A stretch of 64,000 bases of DNA from Roseibacillus sp. (GCA_051251855.1 JBPOGI010000002.1:384001-448000), one strand, 5' to 3'. Counted from the stretch's first letter, positions 20,461-31,248 are shown. Notes: generated from the letters alone by a model not told the origin. Numbers and translations: made by a program.

Positions 20461-21465
20461 CTATTTTTTCAGGTTCGGTAGATCGATTTCGGCACTTGGA
20501 GTTGTATCGGCATCAATGTCGCCGACGGCGAACTGGAGGCCGGCGAGGTAATGTTTAAGAATCAGGGGATTCCAATAGATTTCATCATTGTGACCTAGGC
20601 TGCTGTAAAAGACTCTTCCTTTTCCGACCGACTGGACCCAACAGACAGGGAAGCAATTGTCTTTGCGACTTGGTTTTTGGCGAGGCTTGTCGCTTCGCTC
20701 AGGGTCTAGGTGGAGAAGCATACGGAGCTTATCACGGGTCGCGGTGCCATCTGCGAATTGATAGATTTCATCACGAACACGGAAGTCGTCGATGCCATCG
20801 AAGACAGGCTTGATAATAGCGTGCTCAGGGTCTTCAACGACGATGGTCACGTTCGAGTTGGCATTCCAGGGGTGTCCGTTAAAAATTCCACCAATGGCTT
20901 CAGTGTATTGATGGTTCCCTTTGCAGGAGTCTGTGGCAGCGTGAATACCGGCGAGGCCTCCTCCTTGCTCGACATACTTAATGAGATTATCGACGAGGCG
21001 ATCGTTCTGTTCCTGGAGTTGCTTTCGCTCTTCGTCATTGAATTTCTTCTTCGCAACCTTGCCGTTCGGCATGAAAATGTCTCCGGTTGAGTTGAGAATT
21101 AAAACTGCATCGAAGGTTTTCAGTGCTTCAGGCTCAAAGTTGGCCAGTTGGTCACTTACCACAGCCTCATAGGCTCCTGTCTTTTCGCCCAATCTTGTGA
21201 TGGCGACTTTTCCGACGGGGATGCATTTGTGGCGAAAGCCTGAAGTTGCGCTATAAACCAGAAGTCTCCGCGCGGCTTTGGGCTTCACGATAGGAGAGGT
21301 AGGCACGGCTTCTTCGATAGCCTTGATGCTCTCTTCTGAGGGAGCGGGGTCGTTGTGGTTGGGCTCCCAATCGACTTTCTCGGCGGAGACTGGTAGGCAT
21401 GCGAGGGAAAGAACGAGGGTTAAGGTAGACTTTTTCAAAGGCGTGAAGGGATGATGAAGGGCCAT
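20461..21465 (-). CDS. ThuA-domain exported protein
   Basis: LLVYSATSGFRH, GIHAATD, DEIYQF, GKGRVFYSSLGH; start uncertain. Confidence 0.85.
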   Translation of the reverse strand: MALHHPFTPLKKSTLTLVLSLACLPVSAEKVDWEPNHNDPAPSEESIKAIEEAVPTSPIVKPKAARRLLVYSATSGFRHKCIPVGKVAITRLGEKTGAYEAVVSDQLANFEPEALKTFDAVLILNSTGDIFMPNGKVAKKKFNDEERKQLQEQNDRLVDNLIKYVEQGGGLAGIHAATDSCKGNHQYTEAIGGIFNGHPWNANSNVTIVVEDPEHAIIKPVFDGIDDFRVRDEIYQFADGTATRDKLRMLLHLDPERSDKPRQKPSRKDNCFPVCWVQSVGKGRVFYSSLGHNDEIYWNPLILKHYLAGLQFAVGDIDADTTPSAEIDLPNLKK

Positions 21466-21675
21466 GGTATGGCTCTGAAACGGCAATTGACGTGATGATT
21501 TTGCAAAAATCCGCAAATCTCGCGATTAATTCGTTGGAGTGCCTTCGAAGGGTAAGAATTCTCCTATCATTAAAGTAGTATTCGCCGATGGTCGCTCGGT
21601 TAGCGACCGCCAGTCTGACGAATAGACTCATCGTCTGATAGTTCATCATCACAAACCTCAAAAAATTCCTTTGCC

Positions 21676-24294
21676 TTGAAATCAAGAACTCTCCTCCTCT
21701 CCGGCTTAGTGCTATCCATCGGCTCTGTTCTATCTGCGGCTGAAAAAGGCAAGCATGAGAGCGCGAAAAAGTTTCCGATCTACCAACGTGGCTACCTAAG
21801 CCCCGAGGAGTCACTCAAGTCTATTGAGTTGCAGGATGACTATTCACTCAAACTCGTTCTATCCGATCCCGCCGTCATCGAGCCGGTGGCGATGGCGTGG
21901 GATGGCAATGGCGCCCTCTACGTGGTGGAGATGCGCACTTACATGCAGGATGCCGATGCCAGTGGTGAGAAAAAGCCTATCTCTCGGATTTCTCGACACG
22001 AGGATGTGGACGGTGATGGCATTTATGAGAAGCACTCCATCTTTATCGACAACCTTCTCCTCCCTCGCTTTGTCCTTCCACTGGACGATCGCATCATGAT
22101 CGGGGTGACTAATACCAAAGACCTTTGGACCTATCGGGATAGTGATGGGGATGGAGTCGCCGACGAAAAGGTGAAGGTCCATGAGGGTGGTGGTCGAGGA
22201 GGCAATATGGAGCACCAGGCTTCGGGGCTTCTCTGGAATCTTGATAACTGGCTCTACTGCACCTATGAACCCGAGCGCTATCGTTTTGTGGGGGGCAAGA
22301 TTGAGGTAGAAGCTTTGTCTAAAGGGCAGGGGCAATGGGGGATAGGCCGGGACAATGTCGGCCGCCTTTACTACACCACGGCAGGGGGAGAGACTCCTGC
22401 AGCGTCTTTCCAACAGCCGATTATCTATGGTGCCTTGAACCTCCCTAAAGAGCTGCAAGAGGCCGAAGACTTTCGCACCGTCTACCCCATTGCGAATGTT
22501 CCCGACGTCCAAGGGGGCGCGAGGCGAGTGAACAAGACGGGGGGGCTCAATCACTTCACGGGAGGAGGTGGGCAATCCATCTACCGTGGTGACCGTCTTC
22601 CGAGCGACTTGCACGGTGATATGATTCTACCAGAGCCTGTCGGGCGCCTCATTCGTCGGGTGGAGGTGAAGCGGGAAGATGGTCGCACCTTCTTAAGCAA
22701 CTACTATCCCGAGGATGAGTTCATCCGGACGACCGATGTGAACTTTCGTCCCCTTTGGTCTGCGACCTCACCCGATGGCGCGCTGATGGTGATCGACATG
22801 CACCGAGGGATTATTCAACAGGGGAACTGGACCCGCCCTGGCTCATACTTACGTGCAGTGATTGATGAGTGGGGATTGGATAAGAACATTGGAAAAGGCC
22901 GCATCTATCGTCTCGAGCATCCTACCTTTCGTCCTGATAAAAAGCCTCGCATGCTCGATGAGACAACTGCCGAACTGGTAGCTCATCTTTCCCACCCTAA
23001 TGGCTGGTGGCGCGATACTGCGCAGAAGCTTATCATTCTTCGTGAGGATGGACCCACAGTCGTGCCTGCCCTCGAGCGATTGGCGAAATCTGGCTCCTCT
23101 GAATTTGGTCGACTGCATGCGCTCTGGACTTTGGAGGGTCTTTCCGAGGTCACTCCCGAGCTCCTACAATCGTCGATAGCGGACTCTTCCTCAATCGTGC
23201 GCTGTGCAGCGATTCGGATTGCAGAACCTTTGCTCACCGAGAGTCATGAGAGATTGAGTGAGAGTATCCTCAACAGTTCCCAGCTCTCCGGCGACGTCGA
23301 GATGCAATTGCAATTGCTCAACTCGATCGCTTATTCTGCCACTTCTCATTCGGGTTTGCTAGCCTACTCCGAAAAGTTAAAAAAGGACCAGCGCGACCAT
23401 CCTGTCTTCAGAAGCCTAGCAGGAATGCATAAGTCGATCGAAGCTGCTCGAGAGGCCTCAAAGTTAATGCACCTCAGGAACAAGGCTCTTGCTGATTCCA
23501 TGGACCAAGGGAAGATTGCTTACGAGCAACTTTGTTTCGCTTGTCATGGTGCCGACGGAAAAGGCGCGCCTATGCCGGGCACTCCTGGACAGTTTCTCGC
23601 GCCCTCCTTTGTCGACAATCCTCGCGTGGTGGGTTCCGATCACACCCCCATTCGGACTCTTCTGCACGGACTGACCGGAGACCTCGACGGTAAGGAATAC
23701 GAAGGTCTGATGGTTGGGATGGGAACTAACACAGATCAATGGGTCGCCGATGTCGTCACCTACATTCGGAACTCTTTCGGTAATGAAGCTCCGCTGACCA
23801 AGGCCGAGACCGTAGCGGCCCTGCGTGCCAGCCACAGCGAACGCTCTGAGCCTTGGACCCAAGAGGAGTTAGAAAAGGCAGCCCCTGCTAATTTAAGCCG
23901 CAAGGGATGGCGTTTGACCGCCAGCCACAATGAAAAAGAAATAGCAGCGGCTACCGATGGCGACCGCAAGACCCGCTACACGACCGGTTCCTCGCAAGCG
24001 AAGGGGATGTGGGTGCAAGTCGAATTGCCCGAGGTGGCTATGCTCTCTGAGATCGAGTTGGAATACAGTCGTTCGAAAGGGGACTTTCCAGAACAATACG
24101 CAGTCTCTCTCTCAATGGATGGCAAGAATTGGAGTGAGCCAGTGGCTCAGGGGAGAGGTGCTCCCAAGCAGAGTAACATTGGCTTCCTGCCGACTGAGGC
24201 CCGTTTTGTGAAAATCGAGCTCACCTATGCGACCACCAGACTCTACTGGTCGATTCATGAGCTTTATCTCCTTGGGCATTATCTCGAGGATTAG
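21676..24294 (+). CDS. PVC-type membrane-bound dehydrogenase-like protein with HEAT repeats, cytochrome c and F5/8 type C domain
   Basis: EPVAMAWD, DVDGDG repeats, HPNGWWRDTAQ, RLHALWTLEG, CFACH heme motif, C-term DGDRKTRY..WSIHE. Confidence 0.85.
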   Translation: MKSRTLLLSGLVLSIGSVLSAAEKGKHESAKKFPIYQRGYLSPEESLKSIELQDDYSLKLVLSDPAVIEPVAMAWDGNGALYVVEMRTYMQDADASGEKKPISRISRHEDVDGDGIYEKHSIFIDNLLLPRFVLPLDDRIMIGVTNTKDLWTYRDSDGDGVADEKVKVHEGGGRGGNMEHQASGLLWNLDNWLYCTYEPERYRFVGGKIEVEALSKGQGQWGIGRDNVGRLYYTTAGGETPAASFQQPIIYGALNLPKELQEAEDFRTVYPIANVPDVQGGARRVNKTGGLNHFTGGGGQSIYRGDRLPSDLHGDMILPEPVGRLIRRVEVKREDGRTFLSNYYPEDEFIRTTDVNFRPLWSATSPDGALMVIDMHRGIIQQGNWTRPGSYLRAVIDEWGLDKNIGKGRIYRLEHPTFRPDKKPRMLDETTAELVAHLSHPNGWWRDTAQKLIILREDGPTVVPALERLAKSGSSEFGRLHALWTLEGLSEVTPELLQSSIADSSSIVRCAAIRIAEPLLTESHERLSESILNSSQLSGDVEMQLQLLNSIAYSATSHSGLLAYSEKLKKDQRDHPVFRSLAGMHKSIEAAREASKLMHLRNKALADSMDQGKIAYEQLCFACHGADGKGAPMPGTPGQFLAPSFVDNPRVVGSDHTPIRTLLHGLTGDLDGKEYEGLMVGMGTNTDQWVADVVTYIRNSFGNEAPLTKAETVAALRASHSERSEPWTQEELEKAAPANLSRKGWRLTASHNEKEIAAATDGDRKTRYTTGSSQAKGMWVQVELPEVAMLSEIELEYSRSKGDFPEQYAVSLSMDGKNWSEPVAQGRGAPKQSNIGFLPTEARFVKIELTYATTRLYWSIHELYLLGHYLED

Positions 24295-24503
24295 TCTACT
24301 TAGCTTCTTCCTCGGCAGGCCTCGCTTTCGAAACAAGCGGGTCCTGATCATCAGGGCCATTGAATTACGAGAATACAATCGTTTCTCGCTTAGGACGGCT
24401 GCATAGGCACTCAAAAATTGGAAAAGTGTTTGATTCCCCATTTCCTACAAAACTGGAATTGGTTGAGCATCTTACAATGCATTCATTTTCAGAAGTTTGA
24501 AAA

Positions 24504-24578
24504 TGGCTCCGGCGGTAGGATTCGAACCTACGACCTAGTGGTTAACAGCCACCCGCTCTACCACTGAGCTACGCCGGA
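24504..24578 (-). tRNA. tRNA-Asn(GTT)
   Basis: Reverse complement TCCGGCGTAGCTCAGTGGTAGAGC GGTGG-CTGTTAA-CCACT ..GGTTCGAATCC..GCCGGAGCCA. Confidence 0.97.
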
Positions 24579-24744
24579 ATTTAAGAGTCGAAAGGGAATT
24601 TCCCTCGCGGGCGGCGACTCTCCACAGGTAAGGGATGTTTCGCAAGTAAATTTTTGCTATCGAGGGCACTTTTTGGTGATTTTTCGTCGTCTCCTTTGTC
24701 ACGTTTTTTTTGGCTTGAATAAAGGGCTACAAAGTCGCCTTTTC

Positions 24745-25830
24745 ATGAGCACGATGATCAATCTTAAGAAAGACGCCAAATACGCCCTTGTGATTCCAAC
24801 TAGCATGGGAACTCGCCTGACGCCGGTGAACGGTCAACCCTTCCACTGCAGTGATACTTTCCAGATGACGGCGACCAGCGCTGAGTCCAATGTGGGGAGT
24901 GTGTCCTCTTATCTGGGCTTGCCGGTGAAAGTGCTCACTGCGTTTGTGCAAGGGAGCCCTGTTTCTCGCTTTATCAAAGATAATTTGGCCAGCCGCCACA
25001 TGACTTACGAGGGGCCCGAGTTCGATGCCGGTGGTCCTTGGGGTCTTCGCCATCAAATCAATTTGGCTGATAGTGGGGCGGGTTCCCGTGGGCCACGGGT
25101 TGCAAACGACCGTGCTGGCGAAGTGGGTCGCAAGCTTGCTGCCGACCAGTTCGACCTAGATCGTATTTTTGGAGAAGAGGGCGCTCAGTTTATTCACCTC
25201 TCTGGTTTGATTGCGGCCTTGTCGCCTGAGACGAGCCAGTTTTGTTTAGAAGTTGCTCGCAAGGCGAAGGCGCATGGCACGTGTATTGGTTTTGATTTGA
25301 ATCATCGCGCGAGTCTTTGGGAAGGCCGCGAGGAGGAGCTTCGCGGAGTGTTCCATGAAATCGCGACTCTCTCCGATGTCTTGGTGGGAAATGAAGAAGA
25401 CTTTCAGCTTTGCCTTGGCATCGAGGGACCACCTCCAGGAGGAGAAGGCATCTCGGGTAAGATTGAGGGCTTTAAGGAAATGATTGGCCGCGTGAAGGCT
25501 GAGTTTCCTCAGACCAGCGTATTCGCAACGACCTTGCGAGAGGTGGAGAGTGTGAATTTGCACCAGTGGGGTGCGATTGTTTCCGCGGGTGATGAGTGGC
25601 ATGTGATGGAGCCTCGCGAAATTGGGGTGGTCGATCGTATTGGTGGGGGAGACGGTTTTGTGGGTGGCTTGCTTTACGGAATTTTGCGCGAGTGGCCGAT
25701 GGAGAAGGCGTCGCAGTTTGGTTGGGCCAGTGGTGCCTTGGCGGCGACACTTCTCACTGACTACGGTCAGCCTGCAGATGAAGACCAAGTCTGGAGTATT
25801 TGGGAAGGCAACGCGCGCGTGAGGCGATAG
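24745..25830 (+). CDS. PfkB-family sugar kinase (2-keto-3-deoxygluconate kinase-like)
   Basis: FDLNHRASLW, GNEEDFQ, DRIGGGDGF. Confidence 0.8.
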   Translation: MSTMINLKKDAKYALVIPTSMGTRLTPVNGQPFHCSDTFQMTATSAESNVGSVSSYLGLPVKVLTAFVQGSPVSRFIKDNLASRHMTYEGPEFDAGGPWGLRHQINLADSGAGSRGPRVANDRAGEVGRKLAADQFDLDRIFGEEGAQFIHLSGLIAALSPETSQFCLEVARKAKAHGTCIGFDLNHRASLWEGREEELRGVFHEIATLSDVLVGNEEDFQLCLGIEGPPPGGEGISGKIEGFKEMIGRVKAEFPQTSVFATTLREVESVNLHQWGAIVSAGDEWHVMEPREIGVVDRIGGGDGFVGGLLYGILREWPMEKASQFGWASGALAATLLTDYGQPADEDQVWSIWEGNARVRR

Positions 25831-25831
25831 T

Positions 25832-25903
25832 GAGCGCAGGGACCATTTTGTCCCTGGCTTTTTAGAGTGATTGGAGGTCAGGGGCAGGAATGTCCCTGCT
25901 CCT
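25832..25903. repeat. Inverted pair of REP-like palindromes between convergent genes
   Basis: GCAGGGACCATTTTGTCCCTG and GGGGCAGGAATGTCCCTGCTCC. Confidence 0.45.
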
Positions 25904-27049
25904 TTAGTTGGTCTCTTTGTTGAAGTAGACTTTGATGTAATTCATCTTCTTCTCTTCGTCGTAGCCCTTTTCCATGACCTTGTCGGGGTTGGCGACGACT
26001 TTGGGTTTGAGACGAATTTCGATGCCCGTGTCGAGTTTCATGATCGATTTCATGAGCTTCTTCGCTTTGGAGACATCCTTTTGCGAGATGTCGAATCCTT
26101 CGGCGATAGCGACGCCGCTTTCTTCTTCGAGCTGTTGCTTCTTTTCGCGGAAGGCAGCTTTGGCTTCAGGGGTGCGGAGGGCCTGTTCCTCGAACTCGGC
26201 CATGCTGAAGTGGTTCTTGTTGTCGAAGTAGGCGAGCGCTTCTTTGGCAGCGGCGTTGACTTCCCACGGGGGAGAGGCGTCGGCTTCATCGCGAGGGTTG
26301 GCGGCCTCGTCGGCTGCGGCTGAGGCGGCGGAGCTTTCGGCCACTGCGGAGACGGCCATTTCGGCTACTTTTTTGGAGAGGAGGGCGTTGTCCGGGATGG
26401 CGATGACGTTGAGGAAATCTTTGACCCAAAAGCGGCTCTCGGAGCTGCCGCGGTCGAAGGTGAGGACGTAGAAGCCTTTGCGAGAAAATTGGTTTACGAT
26501 GAGGCAGCCCTTGTCGATTTTTTCGGGGTTGATCCCGTGTTCGGTGCTGAGTTGGAGGTCGCCATCTTGCGCTGAGATGCTAAGGAAAGGGGTGACGCTT
26601 TCGGACTTGAGGATGCAAATGGCATCGACGGTTTCTTCACCGACTTGCACACCTTCGATACGAGAGATGCAGAGGTCGCCGGACTTGATGTTGGGGTGGG
26701 TGGACTTGGTGTGTAGTCGAGTGGAGATTTCGCAGCCTTTCTCTAACAAGAGCTTGGGGTCTTCGAAAATGGCAGCAACACAGTTGTTGATCTCGTGCTG
26801 ATCGAGGGAGCTGTGATGGTGAAACTTTTGACCAATGAGGCTGAAGCTCTTGAAGGGGCGCAGAAAGATGCTGGAGAGGGTGGGCTGGTCTTCGGCCTCG
26901 ACTTCAAAGACGTGCTTGGAAGTTTGTAGAGGTTCGTCGCGAGAGGGATTGCCCACTTTGGCAAGGACAAGTCCTGCGATGGTGGCGTTGGCGAAGTCGA
27001 GTTTGATGGTCACTGACCTTGAATAGATGGGGGGATGGGGTGCGGGCAA
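25904..27049 (-). CDS. Nucleoid-associated protein (NdpA/YejK 37-kDa family)
   Basis: KVGN, HPNIKSGDL, KSE, GINPEKIDKGCLI, FWVKDFL, IMKLD; the start may be the GTG ~36 nt downstream. Confidence 0.75.
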   Translation of the reverse strand: MPAPHPPIYSRSVTIKLDFANATIAGLVLAKVGNPSRDEPLQTSKHVFEVEAEDQPTLSSIFLRPFKSFSLIGQKFHHHSSLDQHEINNCVAAIFEDPKLLLEKGCEISTRLHTKSTHPNIKSGDLCISRIEGVQVGEETVDAICILKSESVTPFLSISAQDGDLQLSTEHGINPEKIDKGCLIVNQFSRKGFYVLTFDRGSSESRFWVKDFLNVIAIPDNALLSKKVAEMAVSAVAESSAASAAADEAANPRDEADASPPWEVNAAAKEALAYFDNKNHFSMAEFEEQALRTPEAKAAFREKKQQLEEESGVAIAEGFDISQKDVSKAKKLMKSIMKLDTGIEIRLKPKVVANPDKVMEKGYDEEKKMNYIKVYFNKETN

Positions 27050-27140
27050 TTCATTTCGTGTTTGTTCCCGCAGCGAGAGCGAAAAAGTCGTAAACTTGTG
27101 AATTGACGAGAGGATCTATTCCACGTGTCGTAGAGGAAGT

Positions 27141-28154
27141 ATGATTCAGAAGACGACGGTTTTGGCAATGTGGGTGGCGGGTGCAGCGATGGCTGGGGCG
27201 CACGAGGATCATGAGCATCGGCCTGCGGGTAAGGTGGTGACTTCGGTTCAAAAGACGGGGAATGGACAGTTTATCTTCGAGACTGTCCCCGGGTTTGCAG
27301 CGATGCCAGAGGGAGTCAATGTGGGCCCGACTCATGGCGGGGTGGCAGTGGATAGTGCGGGGCACGTCTATGTAAGCACGGAGGCCAAGCATGGGGTGGT
27401 GAAGTTTTCGAAGGGAGGCGAATTTGTGAAGAGCTTTGGGCCTGAGACGAAAGCCTTGCATTCGTTGGCCTTGATTCAAGAAGGGGAGACCGAACTGCTG
27501 ATCGGGGCAGCGGTGGGAGCAGAGAAGGTTCTGAAGCTGGACTTGGAAGGACAAGTGTTACTCACCATTCCTCATGAGGGGACAGGTGAGATTCAGGGAG
27601 GATTCAAGGGGGTGACCGGAGTCACGGTTGGTCCGGAGGGGAATATCTATGTCGTCTGTGGTTATGGCTCGAACTTGATTCATAAGTTTGATGCGGAGGG
27701 AGTGCTTCTGAAGACGGCTGGGGGAAGGGGCGCCGCCGAGGGACAGTTCGTGACCTGTCATGGGATCACCCTAGATACTCGCAGTGGCGAGCCGCTGTTG
27801 TTGGTTTGCGACCGTGAGAATCGTCGTTTGGTTCACATGGACCTTGAGCTGAACTTTAAGGGGGTGCATGCGACTCATTTACGGCGCCCTTGCGCGGTAT
27901 CGATTCGGGGAGACTTCGCAGCGGTGGCTGAGTTGGAAGGGCGCGTGACTGTGCTCGGGAAGAGCGGCGAGGTGCTCGCTTTCCTAGGAGATCAGCCGGA
28001 TAAAAAACTTTGGGCCAAAAAGCCGATCCCGGAGGAGCAACTCTATGATGGTCTCTTCACTTCACCTCACGGTCTCAGCTGGGACAACGAGGGGAACCTG
28101 ATCGTGCAGGACTGGAATGTGACGGGACGGGTGACGAAGCTACAGAAGAGATAG
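27141..28154 (+). CDS. NHL-repeat beta-propeller (peptidylglycine lyase-like), exported
   Basis: THGGVAVD, YVVCGYG, FVTCHGI, CDRENRRL, SPHG. Confidence 0.75.
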   Translation: MIQKTTVLAMWVAGAAMAGAHEDHEHRPAGKVVTSVQKTGNGQFIFETVPGFAAMPEGVNVGPTHGGVAVDSAGHVYVSTEAKHGVVKFSKGGEFVKSFGPETKALHSLALIQEGETELLIGAAVGAEKVLKLDLEGQVLLTIPHEGTGEIQGGFKGVTGVTVGPEGNIYVVCGYGSNLIHKFDAEGVLLKTAGGRGAAEGQFVTCHGITLDTRSGEPLLLVCDRENRRLVHMDLELNFKGVHATHLRRPCAVSIRGDFAAVAELEGRVTVLGKSGEVLAFLGDQPDKKLWAKKPIPEEQLYDGLFTSPHGLSWDNEGNLIVQDWNVTGRVTKLQKR

Positions 28155-28204
28155 CGGTTCGAAGGATTCGAACGCGATGGTCAGAAGAGGGGCGTGAGAG
28201 AGCT

Positions 28205-28882
28205 TCAGCGGCTACGCCTGCGATGGCAAAGCGAAGAAATGGCGCTGAGAAGAAGAAGCGCCGCAGAGGTGGGCTCGGGAATACTACCGGAGCTGCCAGA
28301 AACGAATTCCGAAAGAGTGAACTGCTGAAACTCGTTGGCGGAACCAAAGCTGGGCTCAAGCGAGGGGGAATTGACTTTGTCTAAGTCAATTCCAAGAAAG
28401 ATCTGAGCGGGGAATGATTCATTGGGTAGAATATTGGGGGGAAGCGTTGCTGTCACTCCAAGGGGTGAGTCCAGAGAAGGTTGCCCACTCAGAGATTGAA
28501 GAAGGATGGTGGAGTTTTGGAGCGCGAGATCGAGCGACAGGCTCTCGGGTGCAAGATAGGCGAGCCACTTACGAGCATTCACTTCTGGACCTGAGGTGAG
28601 GATGAACAAGTCGTTGTCATCTAAAACTTCTTCCACAAAAGTGCGCTCGCTGAGAACGAGGATGGCATCTAAATTGGTGTCGAAGGTGCTGCTTGGAAGA
28701 AAGTTGTCGAGAACGGTGAAAGTGTTTCTCTCCAGCGCGGTGGATTGAAGGGAAGGGGGCGCTGCGTTAGGCAGACCTCCAAGGCTATCGATGGTTGCCG
28801 CGTTGGAACGAGCCGCACAAACGGAAATCACAACGAGAAGAAGGGTGCGGATTGAAAAGAGGTTCAAAGGGGTTGAATGCAT
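28205..28882 (-). CDS. PEP-CTERM sorting domain protein
   Basis: Signal peptide; C-term IPEPTSAALLLLSAISSLCHRRRSR. Confidence 0.85.
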   Translation of the reverse strand: MHSTPLNLFSIRTLLLVVISVCAARSNAATIDSLGGLPNAAPPSLQSTALERNTFTVLDNFLPSSTFDTNLDAILVLSERTFVEEVLDDNDLFILTSGPEVNARKWLAYLAPESLSLDLALQNSTILLQSLSGQPSLDSPLGVTATLPPNILPNESFPAQIFLGIDLDKVNSPSLEPSFGSANEFQQFTLSEFVSGSSGSIPEPTSAALLLLSAISSLCHRRRSR

Positions 28883-29018
28883 GAGATAACGCTGGAGTTA
28901 TAACTTGAGAACCCTCAGCTCTTCTTATGTTCAACTTTTCTAAAGTTTCTGCTCTTTTTGAGTGAGAAAGAGGAGGATGAATCGTCGCCTTTTATTGAGG
29001 GGTTGATAATCTGTCGCT

Positions 29019-30074
29019 ATGTCCCTGAAGCATCAACTGACGCAGTCTACCTTTGAGAATGTTCTCACCGAGAAAGAGGTTGGGGAGTTGAAAGGAGCGG
29101 TTCCGAGTGGAGTGTGGGCGCACTATGGACCAGAAGGGATAGAGCGTTTGGCTGTGGAAGATGCCCGCGAGCTGCCGAAGACGGAGGAAGGGGTGACTTG
29201 GGTTCATTGGACTGGATTGGGGGAGGGGGTGGCTTTGTCGCGTCTTTTCACTTGTTTTGGGATTCATCCCCTGACGGCGGAAGATGTTCTCAATATGGAG
29301 AGCCGCGCTAAATTGGAGGAAACGTCTGAGAGCCTTTTTGTGGTATTAAAAATCCCGGTGGCGATGGACGATGAGGGTGAGATAGAGATGGTGCACTTTT
29401 GTTTGTTTTTTGAGGGAACGACTGTGTTGAGTTTTTCTGAAATTCCGCTCAAATTTCTAGAGGACCTGAACCGGCGGCTGGACGACCCCAAGAGGAGAAT
29501 TCGGAATTTGGGGGCTGATTATCTTATGTGGGCGATTCTCGACTTGGTGACTGACCACAGCTTGCGTTTTGTTGATTACTTGAGTGATCGGGTTGAGGAG
29601 CTGGAGGATCTCTTGATCGATGACGAGGTAGAGGTCTCGCTGGAACAAATTCACGGATTGAAGAATGAGGTTTCGCAAACGTATCGCTTGTTGCGCCCCG
29701 GGCGAGAAATCACCTCGCAGCTCTGTATCTCGGATTCGGCGCTCCTCTCGTCCGACACTTCGCGCTACTTTCGTGATTTGCACGACCATGCGGCTCAGGC
29801 TTCGGAGCAAGTTGACCATCTCCGCGACAAGGCGACAGGCTTGAGGGAGCTCTACTATACCTTGATGAGCCATCGCATGAACGGGGTGATGAAGGTTCTG
29901 ACTTCGTTGTCGGCGATTTTTCTGCCGCTTACCTTTTTAGCGGGACTCTACGGAATGAACTTTGCCCACATGCCGGAGCTTGCCTGGAAGTGGTCCTATC
30001 CCGTTTTTCTTGCGTTTCTCTCGGCGCTAGCGATTGCGTTGGTGTGCTACTTTAAGAAGAAGCGGTGGCTTTAG
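29019..30074 (+). CDS. corA: Magnesium/cobalt transporter CorA
   Basis: IHPLTAEDV, YFRDLHDH, MNGVMKVLT, YGMNF, MPEL. Confidence 0.93.
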   Translation: MSLKHQLTQSTFENVLTEKEVGELKGAVPSGVWAHYGPEGIERLAVEDARELPKTEEGVTWVHWTGLGEGVALSRLFTCFGIHPLTAEDVLNMESRAKLEETSESLFVVLKIPVAMDDEGEIEMVHFCLFFEGTTVLSFSEIPLKFLEDLNRRLDDPKRRIRNLGADYLMWAILDLVTDHSLRFVDYLSDRVEELEDLLIDDEVEVSLEQIHGLKNEVSQTYRLLRPGREITSQLCISDSALLSSDTSRYFRDLHDHAAQASEQVDHLRDKATGLRELYYTLMSHRMNGVMKVLTSLSAIFLPLTFLAGLYGMNFAHMPELAWKWSYPVFLAFLSALAIALVCYFKKKRWL

Positions 30075-30432
30075 AGGCCGTTTTTGGGGGCGTCTTGCTC
30101 ATGTGCCGAACGGTGAGGTGGGGTTGAAGAACGGTGTAGGAGAAGGACTCTCCATTGTTTGCCCGTCCAACGACAAGGTTGCGGAGACGTGAGAGTCGAA
30201 GTGAAGGGTTGCAGCCAGTGGTATCAAAACGAATAGGATTTGCTCCCTAGGCTCAGGGTTTCCTTGTCCTTCTGCCTCAAAAGTTTGATTTTGGGCTGTA
30301 GAAGGGATTCAAATCAAAATTTTCCCTTGTGTGGTGGTTTTCTGCTGTTCACAGTTTTCAAACACTCGGGTCCAATCTAGTTTTCACTGCTCGAAAGGTG
30401 CACCCCATCATCAAAAATCCATAAAAAGACAC

Positions 30433-31131
30433 ATGAAGAATACAATCAAATTACCTTTACTCGTGCTGGCTGGCGCAGCTCTGGCAACCAGCTCAGCTAG
30501 TGCTGTGACACTCCTCGTCAATTTCGGCGGTGGCGGGGATGTTGATGCGGCGGTCGCTGGCGATTACGCAGTTGCCGATCCCGCTGTGGATCTCGCTGCT
30601 CCAGTCGTTTTTCAGGGATCGGGGGGAGGCACTGCTGTGGGACTTGGCATGACTGTCGATATTAGTACCAACACTGGTAACTTCACTCCTGCCGACACCA
30701 GCATCTGGGGAACAACTCCTATTCTCGATAGTTATCTTTCACGACGGGATAATCCTCTCAATGTCACCGTGACCGGAATCGAGGAGTTGGCTCCTGGAAC
30801 GACATTCGACGTAACGGTCTATGGAGTTGGCGACGCGACCGACCAATGGGGGCCTATCAGCGTCACCTATAATGGTGTGACGACAGCAGAATTCACCACG
30901 GTTGCTGATCCTGCTGCTGCCGGAAACTCGAACGGGGAATTGACTCATGAAACCTTCACCTTAACGAAAGTAGCTGGAGTTGATTCAGTCGTCCTGAACA
31001 ATTCGGGTGTAGGCGGGTCACGTTGGCAAGCAATCAATGGCTTCTCGATCACTGGCACACCGATTCCTGAGCCTTCTTCAGCTCTTCTCGTTGGCTTGGC
31101 AGGATTTGCCTTCCTGAGACGTCGCCGATAG
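30433..31131 (+). CDS. PEP-CTERM sorting domain protein
   Basis: Signal MKNTIKL..ASA; C-term IPEPSSALLVGLAGFAFLRRRR. Confidence 0.9.
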   Translation: MKNTIKLPLLVLAGAALATSSASAVTLLVNFGGGGDVDAAVAGDYAVADPAVDLAAPVVFQGSGGGTAVGLGMTVDISTNTGNFTPADTSIWGTTPILDSYLSRRDNPLNVTVTGIEELAPGTTFDVTVYGVGDATDQWGPISVTYNGVTTAEFTTVADPAAAGNSNGELTHETFTLTKVAGVDSVVLNNSGVGGSRWQAINGFSITGTPIPEPSSALLVGLAGFAFLRRRR

Positions 31132-31155
31132 TCCTCTGATAGATTTTATCTTTAG

Positions 31156-31191
31156 AACCCACTTCGGCAGATTTGTCGAAGTGGGTTTTTT
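31156..31191 (+). terminator. Rho-independent terminator
   Basis: AACCCACTTCGGCA-GATT-TGTCGAAGTGGGTT plus T-run. Confidence 0.85.
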
Positions 31192-31248
31192 ATTGGTTGT
31201 TTCCCGCAAGGTATCGGGGACAATGAGTTCCTGATTTTCACTTTCTAG

